Assembly: GCA_963794325.1 (NCBI GenBank)
Contig: CAWCDG010000005.1
Span: 352,001-416,000, forward strand
DNA: 64,000 nucleotides
Source: an uncultured delta proteobacterium
GTDB taxonomy: Bacteria; Desulfobacterota; Binatia; Binatales; Binataceae
Direction: 5' to 3'
Shown here piece by piece: positions 44,973 through 54,000 of this stretch (position 1 is its first letter; every line of letters starts with the position of its first letter). Position numbers and translations under genes: made by a program. The notes under the pieces were generated by a model. That model saw nothing but the letters and a program-made list of their open reading frames with translations. It did no database searches and had not been told where the DNA came from.

Positions 44973-46517
44973 CTAGAGCGCGCCGAGAATTCCGCCGGGA
45001 ACGTTGTCCCATGCGCGACGCTCTTCTTCGAAGGGCGCATCGGCGACGCTGCTGGTCTCGCCGAGTAGCATCGTTGCGCGGCGCGCCTCGGTGTATCCCG
45101 GCCATGCGCCGAGGCTCGCGCAACCGGGATCGCCGGTGCGCGCGAACGCGAGCCACGCATCCTGCATCTCGCCAGCAAGCTTTTCAGCCGCCGGACCTTC
45201 GCCGGCGAAACGACGCATTCCCGCCAGATGATTAGTGCCAAAGACGAAGCCGAGCTCCAGCGCGTGGCACGAGCCCAGCGCGCCGCGCATCGCGGGTGAC
45301 CGCCAGGTGAAAAGATAGTTGTAGATGCGCTGCTCGCTCCGTCCGTGGATCTCCGCGAGACGGACCCCCGGCATCCTGAAGACGCGGTCGGTCTCGATCG
45401 CCGAAAATAACTCCGGCGGCGTAGTCGAAGCGCCCGCGGATGCACGTGCGCGCTCGTAAGTTGCGATCACCGAGCCCGCGAAATCCGTGGGCAGCCGCTT
45501 GCTCATCCGCGCAAGCAGGCCGGCCTGGTCCAGTTTCTGGGCTGAAGGATCCATTGCGGAGAATAATTTCCATTCCTCGAGATTGGACCCAACCATCACC
45601 GCGACGCCGGCTGCCGAGCCTTGCGCCACCATCTCGATCAACTCGCCCGGAATGACGGTGCCGTCCACCACCGGCTGGTAAGCCATCCCCAGCTCGCGAT
45701 CGGGCGTCTTGCCGTCCGCGCCGAACACACCGGTGAGCAACTGAGCAACTGGCAGCGCGCGTATCGCTTCAGCGTCGTCGGCGGAGACGCCCAGCTTCGA
45801 CAGCACTCGCTCGGCCGTCCGGTTCGCCCTCGCCACCGTCGACACGGTGTCGCACGACCCGCTCTGCGCGATCGCTTTGTGGAATAGACCTCGCGCCGAC
45901 GGCATTGCCAGCAGCGCCCCGACGCTCATACCTCCGGCCGATTCACCGAAGATCGTGACGTTGTCGGGATCCCCGCCGAATTCGGCGATATTGTCGCGGA
46001 CCCATTCGAGCGCTGCGATCTGGTCGAGCAGCCCTTCGTTGCCGCTCGATGGAATTCGTCCGTTGGTGACGTCGTTGAGACGCAGAAAGCCGAGCGGTCC
46101 GAGCCGGTAATTAATCGTGACAATGACCACGTCGCCGCGCCGGGCGAGAACCGCGCCGTTGTAAATTTCCTGCGAGCCCGCGCCGATCGTAAATCCGCCG
46201 CCATGAATCCAGACCATCACCGGCCGCCGAGCGCCATCGAGTCCTGGCGTCCACACATTTAGATTCAGGCAATCTTCCGAGTGCGCTTGATCGATCTTCA
46301 TCGCGGCGAGGGCCTGGTTGGTAACCGGGTTTTGATGCGCAACCGCGCCAAAGCGCCGCGCATCGCGAACTCCCGTCCACGGCAGTGGCTTCTCGGGAGG
46401 AAGCCATCGCCGAGCGCCGTCAGGAGCCGCCGCGAACGGCACTCCTTTGAAGACGAACAGCCCGTCCTGTTCCTCACTTTCGAGTCTTCCGTAGCGGGTC
46501 GATACGATCGCGCTCAT
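44973..46517 (-). CDS. Type-B carboxylesterase (PnbA-like)
   Basis: SEDCLNLNVW, WIHGGG, NYRLG, FGESAGG, GSCHALE. Confidence 0.92.
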   Translation of the reverse strand: MSAIVSTRYGRLESEEQDGLFVFKGVPFAAAPDGARRWLPPEKPLPWTGVRDARRFGAVAHQNPVTNQALAAMKIDQAHSEDCLNLNVWTPGLDGARRPVMVWIHGGGFTIGAGSQEIYNGAVLARRGDVVIVTINYRLGPLGFLRLNDVTNGRIPSSGNEGLLDQIAALEWVRDNIAEFGGDPDNVTIFGESAGGMSVGALLAMPSARGLFHKAIAQSGSCDTVSTVARANRTAERVLSKLGVSADDAEAIRALPVAQLLTGVFGADGKTPDRELGMAYQPVVDGTVIPGELIEMVAQGSAAGVAVMVGSNLEEWKLFSAMDPSAQKLDQAGLLARMSKRLPTDFAGSVIATYERARASAGASTTPPELFSAIETDRVFRMPGVRLAEIHGRSEQRIYNYLFTWRSPAMRGALGSCHALELGFVFGTNHLAGMRRFAGEGPAAEKLAGEMQDAWLAFARTGDPGCASLGAWPGYTEARRATMLLGETSSVADAPFEEERRAWDNVPGGILGAL

Positions 46518-46565
46518 CTGTTGTGTCCTCGTGAGTCCCAGGGATTCGCCTTCATGATCTTTTGA

Positions 46566-46763
46566 TCACGAGGTCAAAGTCCACAGCGGGTCGCCATTCT
46601 GATCACGAGGTCCAGCGTCCATTGCGGTGTACCATGGCGCGCTTGTGTGGGCTCGAACAGCGCCTGCTACGTTACCGACAATGGCCCTGGCTTGTGCGGC
46701 GTGCGCTGACTGGATCGCCAGCGACACGCCCACGATAAATCCAGCCAGAATCGTCAGCCGCAT
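46566..46763 (-). CDS. Small secreted peptide (65 aa)
   Basis: Signal peptide ending AHA; 14 nt downstream of the BON gene on the same strand. Confidence 0.5.
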   Translation of the reverse strand: MRLTILAGFIVGVSLAIQSAHAAQARAIVGNVAGAVRAHTSAPWYTAMDAGPRDQNGDPLWTLTS

Positions 46764-46776
46764 ATTTTATACTCGG

Positions 46777-47190
46777 CTAGCTCTGAGGAACTGAAGGGTC
46801 TACTTGCAGATCGTTGGTAACATTTCGCACACCGCTCGCATCCTTCGCGATCGCTACCGCGCGCGACGCGACGTCCGAATCGTGTACGCGGCCTTCCAGC
46901 GTCACGACGCCGGCGGTTGTGGTGACGTGAATCTGGCCGGATCTCATGTCCTTGGCAGCAGCCAGATTTGTTTTCACCGCTGCTGTGATAGTCGTGTCAT
47001 CCACCGCGGTGACCGCGCCTTGATAGGCGTTCTGCGCCGCGCCTTCTGTGTCTTCGCCTGCCTGATGCATCGAAGTACTGGCGGGAACCTCTGAGCCGGC
47101 GCTCGTCTCCTGTGCGATAGCTGGAATTGCCAGCCCAAATCCCAGAACCATCGCAGGTACCATAGCCAGTATTTTGTTCTTGCTTTTCAT
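46777..47190 (-). CDS. BON-domain (OsmY-like) secreted protein
   Basis: Signal peptide; DDTTITAAVK, IHVTTTAGVVTLEG, GVRNVTNDL. Confidence 0.9.
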   Translation of the reverse strand: MKSKNKILAMVPAMVLGFGLAIPAIAQETSAGSEVPASTSMHQAGEDTEGAAQNAYQGAVTAVDDTTITAAVKTNLAAAKDMRSGQIHVTTTAGVVTLEGRVHDSDVASRAVAIAKDASGVRNVTNDLQVDPSVPQS

Positions 47191-47266
47191 AGCTCTAATC
47201 TCCTTGTTAAGTTTCAGTGGATCGAAATTTTAGGCGGCCACCGTATTTCAGAATGCACATCGCGAC

Positions 47267-47674
47267 TCAGGGCAGGCTCGGTATCGCCTTTACGATCTTC
47301 AAGGTGCGCCGAACGAAGTTGGTCAGCTCGTTGAGGTCTATCGGGCCAGAGGTGGTGCAGCCGGAATCAGGTCCGCGATAATGTCCCTGCGCGAAAGCGT
47401 GGATGGCGTCGAGGTCATCGAGCAGTTCACATGCAGGATGCTGCTTGCCGGTAGTGCGGATTTTCTCGATGATGCGCGCGAGAGAGTCATCCGAATCGAA
47501 GAACGTCGGATATGTGAAGGTGCAGTAAGTCACGACGACGAACCGCATCTTCGTGACCATCTCTTCGGGCCGTCCCTCTCCGGTTTTGTAGAAATACAAA
47601 AGATCGACGATCGCGGACGCGACACGTGAATTGCGCGAACCCTCAAAGCCAATATCTGCAGCTTCTAACGTCAC
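47267..47674 (-). CDS. Hypothetical protein resembling the C-terminal HEPN-like domain of RloC/AAA_13 ATPases
   Basis: YCTFTYP..F...LARIIEKIR..G.QHP..LLDDL..I...IDLNELTNFVRRTLKI; resemblance recalled from memory only. Confidence 0.45.
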   Translation of the reverse strand: MTLEAADIGFEGSRNSRVASAIVDLLYFYKTGEGRPEEMVTKMRFVVVTYCTFTYPTFFDSDDSLARIIEKIRTTGKQHPACELLDDLDAIHAFAQGHYRGPDSGCTTSGPIDLNELTNFVRRTLKIVKAIPSLP

Positions 47675-47732
47675 TCGCCACCTGTTCTTACCGGAAAGCC
47701 CGGTTTCTGTTTGAAAATCAAATGCACGAGCC

Positions 47733-48284
47733 TTACTTCATGCTGGTGCGATTGTTCGCCGGATTCTCGGAACTGCCCATCGCTGAGCGTTTCTGCAGGT
47801 TCTCGGTCATTGCAAGGTTCGCCTTCAGGATCGGAAGCGTCTGCTCGACGTAGAGCTGCATGTCGCGATCGTTTCTGAAACCGCGATTGGCGGTCTTGAA
47901 CGTTTCGATCGCGCCCTGCTGATCGCGAACCGACCTGGCAAAGTACGCCTCATTGAAAGCGCCGCCGTTCAATTTCGACATTTCGTCGTCTGCAGCGGTG
48001 TCCTTTTTGTACGCGTTCAGCGTGATCTTCCGCGAATCGGCCAGTGCCTTGACGGCTTCCTGGTTGGCTTTAAAATCGCCGGTCATCGTATCCGCCAACG
48101 TGATCATGGCCTGATTGTCGCCCGCCTTGCTGCGGAGCATTGTCGCCGCGTCCTGTTGTTCGTAGTTCATCTGATTCGCCCCGTTCAAAAACGTCATCGC
48201 ACTCTCCGATGCGGCGGAGGCCAACTGCGGAATACTAAGTGCACCTACTAGTGCAAGCAGCGCGGAAGTTGATTTCAGGTTCAT
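47733..48284 (-). CDS. DUF4142-domain secreted protein (ferritin-like helical bundle)
   Basis: Signal peptide; FLNGANQMNYE, KLNGGAFNEAYF, YVEQTLPILKANLAM. Confidence 0.8.
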   Translation of the reverse strand: MNLKSTSALLALVGALSIPQLASAASESAMTFLNGANQMNYEQQDAATMLRSKAGDNQAMITLADTMTGDFKANQEAVKALADSRKITLNAYKKDTAADDEMSKLNGGAFNEAYFARSVRDQQGAIETFKTANRGFRNDRDMQLYVEQTLPILKANLAMTENLQKRSAMGSSENPANNRTSMK

Positions 48285-49191
48285 CTCGAGGTCTCCTAAG
48301 TCTATTAGTTAGTATAGTTCTGTGGATCACTGACGATAGCAGCTAGTGAGCAAATGTACATCTTCAATGCGTCTGTCTTAGTTATTCGGATAACCAAACC
48401 TGGCGTCAGTTGAATAGCCAGTGCATGGCAAATGACTATTTGCCAACCACAGAGAAAATAGTCATTGAGTATTAGCAACTGGCGCTACGTAGATGGTGTG
48501 ATATCGCGCCGATGAGCCGTCGTCGCGGGCAGTCTCATGCACTACGCGACGGTCTGTGAGCTTACCTGCCGATTCGTCTTCAGACCGGGATTCTGAAACC
48601 GGGAAAAAAGAAAGCACGCGTCGGCTTCACCATGAGGGCATATGGCCGAGCGTGCTTTCGGATCGCGGGAGGCGAAGCCGACGATCCCTGTTGTAGTGGC
48701 AATGGGCGGTCGACGCCACCGCCGATGGGTTACAAAAGGAACGATTCTGAACGTTCTCATCGTTCACCGCACACCATGCCGTCAGTACACCCCGATAGGT
48801 GCCTTCCGTAACATTCCGGATCGCGCAAAACGAGGGAAATGTGCCCTCGATCCGATCGCCGGTGTTCTCTGAAGAACGTAAAACTTAGACCGAACGGGTC
48901 GTTTCCTTGACCCTGCCAGTGGGCGCGCCCAAACTTGAAATGGTCAGGACCGACATATGAATCGGGTCCGACTTTGATCCGGTCTGACTGTGGGCCTTTC
49001 TCTCGCCTTCGACCACTTTCCGACAGACCAACACTAACCCTTTAGAAACGAAGGCCTGTAGAGGCTCTCATGAGACCGCCTCATCTGTCGCAGGCGGAAC
49101 CGATTCATCGCAATCGCGACAGTTGGAGCTCTCGATTGGGTAATTCCACGACTTTCGTGGCGTCTATCTGGGTACACAAGGGTCAGCAACT
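48285..49191. promoter_or_regulatory. Large divergent intergenic region with several palindromic sites
   Basis: GTTAT-TCGG-ATAAC 48381, TGGCAAAT-GACT-ATTTGCCA 48426, GTTAC-AAAA-GGAAC 48729, GTGCC-TTCC-GTAAC 48799, GTTCT-CTGA-AGAAC 48864; no convincing ORF. Confidence 0.6.
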
Positions 49192-51078
49192 TTGAATCCA
49201 ACTCGCGCCAAACTTTCAAGCTTAGTCGAACTCCTTCGATTGCGCGCGCTCGAACAGCCAGCGCACCGGATTTACACCTACCTTACCGACGGAGAAACTG
49301 AAGGAGCGCATCTGACCTATGAGGCTTTAGACCGGCAGGCACGGGCTATTGCTGCGTTGCTCCAGAGCTACAACGCAAGCGGAGAGCGGGCACTGTTACT
49401 CTATCCAGCAGGTCTCGAATTCATCTCCGCTTTTTTCGGATGCCTATACGCCGGGGTTATTGCCGTTCCGCTGCCGCCGCCGAATACGGCTCAGCCACAG
49501 CGTGCGCTCTCACGGTTTCGCGCAATCGCGAACGACGCTCAACCGACGGTGGTTCTGACTACATCGTCGATACTCTCGAAGATCGAGGGTGTGTTCACTC
49601 AAGCTCCCGGGCTGCGCACGCTGCGTTGGATTGCGACCGACAAGATACTAGGCAACGCCGCCGATGAATGGCGCGACCCTGCGGCGACTCCCGGCACGCT
49701 GGCTTTGATCCAATACACCTCGGGCTCCACTGCCATACCGAGGGGCGTGATGGTCAGTCATGGAAACCTGCTCGAAAACTCCGCTCACATCGACCAGGCA
49801 TTTGAGATTTTGCCGGACGACGTTTCGGTCACATGGTTGCCGGTGTTCCACGATATGGGACTCACCAATGGAATTATCCAACCCATGTATGGAGGGCGTG
49901 AGTGCATTCTGATGCCGCCGCAGTCCTTTCTTCAGCGGCCGGTGCGATGGCTGCAGGCAGTTTCAAAATATCACGCCACTATCAGTGGAGGCCCTAACTT
50001 CGCCTACGAAATGTGCGCTCGCAAGGTTACTCCCGAGCAGCTAAGTGCGCTCGACCTTAGCAGTTGGAAGTTGGCCTACGATGGCGCCGAGCCCGTCCGC
50101 GCGGACACGCTGAAGCGGTTTGCTACGGCCTTCGCTCCTTGCGGATTCCGTCCAAAGTTTTTCTATCCGTGTTACGGACTGGCCGAGGCCACGCTGATCG
50201 TTTCGGGAGGCTTTGTTAAGGACGAGCCTATCCTGCGCACGATGCAGGTGTCGGAGCTCGAACACAATCACAACACTGTCGTCCAGGTTTACGACCATCG
50301 GGTGAACGTCCGCACTCTGGTTGGCAGCGGTCACGCGGTAGCGGACACAAAAATCGTTATCGTCGATCCTCAGTCGTTGACAGCTTGCGCCTCCGATGAG
50401 GTTGGCGAAATCTGGGTCTCGGCCCCAAGCGTGGCCCAGGGCTATTGGAACCGGCCTGAGGAAACCGATCTCACCTTCCACGCCTACCTGGCAGATAGTG
50501 GCGAAGGTCCGTTTCTGCGCACCGGAGATTTGGGATTCCTCGGCGACGGAGAGTTGTTCGTCACCGGACGCTTGAAGGATCTGATTATCATCGGTGGCCG
50601 CAACCTCTATCCGCAGGAAATTGAACTGACTGTGCAGCAGAGCCATCCCGCGGTGCGGCCGGCTTGTTGCGCGGCGTTCTCGGTCGAGGTCGCGGATGAA
50701 GAACGGCTCATCGTCGCCGCCGAATTGGAACCTCGCTACGCGTCGAATCTGTGTTCGGCTAATGGAAATGGGAACGGCAACGGGCACGGGAACGGCAATG
50801 GAAACGGGAACGGCAACGGAAATGGGAACGGCAATGGACACCGCAACGGAAATGGCAACGGCAACGGAACTGCGCATCCGAATCACAACGGACGGCTGCC
50901 GCTCGACGTCGATGCGTTAGTGCGTGCCATCCGGCGCGCGGTGGCCGAGGAGCATGACGTGAGAGTGCATGCCGTCTTGCTGCTGCGAGCCGGCAGCATG
51001 CCAAAGACTTCCAGCGGCAAGCTCGAGCGCCGCGCATGCCAAGCTGGTTTTCTGGACGGCACGCTCGCAAGCCTCTGA
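49192..51078 (+). CDS. Fatty acyl-AMP ligase (FAAL)
   Basis: QYTSGST..PRGVMVSHGNL, WLPVFHDMGL, GGPNFAY, CYGLAEATL followed by the FAAL insertion, LRTGDLGF, PKTSSGK. Confidence 0.93.
   Translation: MNPTRAKLSSLVELLRLRALEQPAHRIYTYLTDGETEGAHLTYEALDRQARAIAALLQSYNASGERALLLYPAGLEFISAFFGCLYAGVIAVPLPPPNTAQPQRALSRFRAIANDAQPTVVLTTSSILSKIEGVFTQAPGLRTLRWIATDKILGNAADEWRDPAATPGTLALIQYTSGSTAIPRGVMVSHGNLLENSAHIDQAFEILPDDVSVTWLPVFHDMGLTNGIIQPMYGGRECILMPPQSFLQRPVRWLQAVSKYHATISGGPNFAYEMCARKVTPEQLSALDLSSWKLAYDGAEPVRADTLKRFATAFAPCGFRPKFFYPCYGLAEATLIVSGGFVKDEPILRTMQVSELEHNHNTVVQVYDHRVNVRTLVGSGHAVADTKIVIVDPQSLTACASDEVGEIWVSAPSVAQGYWNRPEETDLTFHAYLADSGEGPFLRTGDLGFLGDGELFVTGRLKDLIIIGGRNLYPQEIELTVQQSHPAVRPACCAAFSVEVADEERLIVAAELEPRYASNLCSANGNGNGNGHGNGNGNGNGNGNGNGNGHRNGNGNGNGTAHPNHNGRLPLDVDALVRAIRRAVAEEHDVRVHAVLLLRAGSMPKTSSGKLERRACQAGFLDGTLASL
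50761..50892 (+). repeat. In-frame (Asn-Gly)n low-complexity tract
   Basis: NGNGNGNGHGNGNGNGNGNGNGNGNGHRNGNGNGNG encoded with mixed synonymous codons. Confidence 0.95.
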
Positions 51079-51087
51079 GGTGTAGCG

Positions 51088-54000
51088 ATGGCCGGGAATC
51101 CTATCACGGGTGAAATAGCGAACACGTCGATCGCGACGGCAAGTCCCCAATTGGACACTTATAGCGCCGAGGTCATCGAAAAATGGCTCGTCGATAAGCT
51201 CTCCGAGCTGCTCGGGGTCGCTCCGGAAGAAATCGACGTGCGGGAACCGTTCGCCAGCTACGGAATGGGCTCGACCGAGGCAGTCAGCCTCTCGGGCGAA
51301 CTCGGCGATTGGCTCGGACAAAAAGTCGCCGCTGATTTGGCGTACGAGTTTCCAACTATCGAAACGCTGGCTCGGCATTTGAGCGGCTCGACCGATGAGT
51401 CGCGACCCGACGCTCGAAACGACCTGGCCTCGGAGTCGATCGCGATCATCGGAATCGGCTGTCGGTTTCCCGGCAGCATCGGTCCTCAGGAGTTCTGGCA
51501 GTCTATCCGCGACGGGATTGACGCAATCACGGAAGTGCCGGCCGACCGCTTCAATCTCGACGAGGTTTACGATTCGGATCCAACTGTCCCGGGCAAAATA
51601 AGCACGCGATGGGGCGGCTTTATCGATCAGGTGGATCAGTTCGATCCGCAGTTCTTCGGCATCTCGCCCCGCGAAGCTGCACGGATGGATCCGCAGCAAC
51701 GCCTGTTGCTCGAAGTAACCTGGGAAGCACTGGAAGACGCGGGGCAGGCGCCCGAGACACTTACCGGAAGCCAGACCGGCGTCTTCGTAGGAATCTCGAA
51801 CAACGATTACGGCCGGACCCAGTTCGGCGATCTCAGCCGCATCGACGCGTACGCGGGAACCGGCAACGCACTTAGCATCGCCGCCAACCGGATTTCGTAC
51901 CTGCTGGATTTTCGCGGACCCAGCATCGCGATCGACACTGCATGCTCGTCGTCGCTGGTCTCAGTCCATCTCGCATGCACCAGTCTGCGCAACGGTGAAT
52001 CGACCCTCGCGCTAGCTGGCGGCGTGAATCTGATCCTGTCGCCTGCCATCACGATGAATTTTACCAAGGCCGGCGTGATGGCGCCTGACGGGCGCTGCAA
52101 GACCTTCGACGCGGGCGCCAACGGCTACGTCCGCAGCGAGGGCGCAGGACTCGTCGTGCTCAAGCCTCTCAGCCGCGCGCTGGCCGACGGCGATACTATT
52201 TACGCCGTCATCCGTGGCAGCGCCGTGAACCAGGACGGTCGCAGCAACGGCCTGATGGCGCCGAATCCGCTCGCGCAGGAAGCCGTCTTGCGCGAAGCAT
52301 ATCGCGCAGCCGCTGTCTCAGCCGGCGACGTTCAATACGTCGAGGCGCATGGCACCGGTACTCTGCTCGGCGATCCGATCGAGGCGCGAGCGCTCGGCCG
52401 GGTGCTGGCCGACGGCCGTGCATCGGGCAATTTTTGCGCGATCGGTTCGGTCAAGACCAATATCGGGCACTGCGAAGCGGCGGCTGGCGTCGCCGGACTG
52501 ATAAAGGTCGCGCTCGCGCTTAAGCATGCTGAGATTCCGGCGAGCCTGCACTTCCAGGAGCCCAATCCTCATATACCTTTCGACCAACTCCCGATTCGCG
52601 TGCAGACCCGGCCGGGTCCGTGGTCTGAAGAGAGCGGTCCACCGCTGGCTGGCGTCAGTTCATTCGGATTCGGCGGCACCAATGCTCACGTGGTCATGCA
52701 GCAGGCCCCCGAGTCGCGAAGTAAGAATCGCGAAGCGTCCGCGATCAAGTCCTGTTACTTTCTACCGCTCTCGGCGCGCAGTCCCGAGGCTCTGCAGGCC
52801 GTCGCGCGATCCTACCTGGAATTTCTGGCGAGCTCTGAGTTGTCGCTGCACGACATCTGCTACAGCGCGAGCGCGCGCCGCGGTCATCACGACTATCGCT
52901 TGAGTGTAACCGGCGATGCGTCGAATCAACTTATCGACGGGCTCGAGGCTTTCCTCAAAGGAGAGACTCGCGCCGGTCTTTCGTCCGGCCGCAAAGCTCT
53001 CGGCGCGCACAAAAAACTGGCTTTTGTTTTTTCCGGGCAAGGCTCGCAATGGTTCGGCATGGGCCGCACGCTCCTGCACGATGAACCCGTCTTTCGCGAG
53101 ATGATCGAGCGATGCGCGCTGGCGCTGCGGCCGCATACCGACTGGTCCTTGATCGCGGAACTGGCCGCCACCGATCCAACCGAATCGCGGCTCAACGAAG
53201 TCGACGTAATCCAGCCTGCGCTGTTCGCAGTTCAGGTCGCGCTCGCAAGTCTGTGGCGCTCATGGGGTATCGAACCCGATGCGGTCGTTGGCCACAGCAT
53301 GGGCGAAGTCGCGGCTGCGTACGTCGCCGGCGCAGTCAGCCTCGAAGACGCGGCGCTGATAATTTGCACCCGCAGCAAGCTGGTCAGGCGTACCGTCGGG
53401 CAAGGCGCGATGGCGTCGGTGGAGCTTTCCATCGAAGACGCTCGCCGCGCGATCGCAGGCTACGAAGATCGCGTTTCAATCGCGGTCAGCACCAGTCCCA
53501 CGTCCACGGTCCTGTCGGGCGACCCGACAGCGCTCGCGGAGATACTCGAACAGCTTCAGGCCCGCGACGTCTTCTGCCGGATGGTGAAGGTGGACTTCGC
53601 CTCGCACAGTCCGCAGATGGATCCATTGCGCGCCGAGTTGATGCGCGCGCTGGAAGAGGTGCAGCCGCATCTCGCGTCGATCCCGATTTATTCGACCGTG
53701 CTCGACTCGGTCGCCGATGGCTCGGAGTTCGATGCGCTCTACTGGGCGCGCAATCTCAGGGAGCCGGTGCTTTTTTCCGCGTCGGTGCAGCGCCTGCTCG
53801 AAGATGGCCATGAAACCTTCGTCGAGATCAGCGCGCATCCCATTCTGCTCAGCGGAATCCAGCAAGGGATTCATCACGCGGGCAAAGAAGGCGCGGTGCT
53901 CGCCTCGATCCGGCGCGAGGAAGACGAGCATACTGCGATGCTGCGGTCGCTGGGTCTGCTCTATTGTTCGGGATATGCAATCGACTGGAATCGCATCTAC

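Noticed and set aside
48542-48872. Small ORFs in the BGC upstream region
   Set aside because: No clear RBS or homology; they overlap the putative operator sites
36993-48877. Palindromes as LexA/SOS boxes
   Set aside because: Spacing differs from the LexA boxes I know (GAAC-N4-GTTC, GTTC-N7-GTTC, TGTTC-N4-GAACA), and no DNA-repair genes are adjacent
50761-50892. Short tandem repeats as a CRISPR array or VNTR
   Set aside because: In-frame Asn-Gly coding tract with synonymous variation; no repeat-spacer structure and no cas genes
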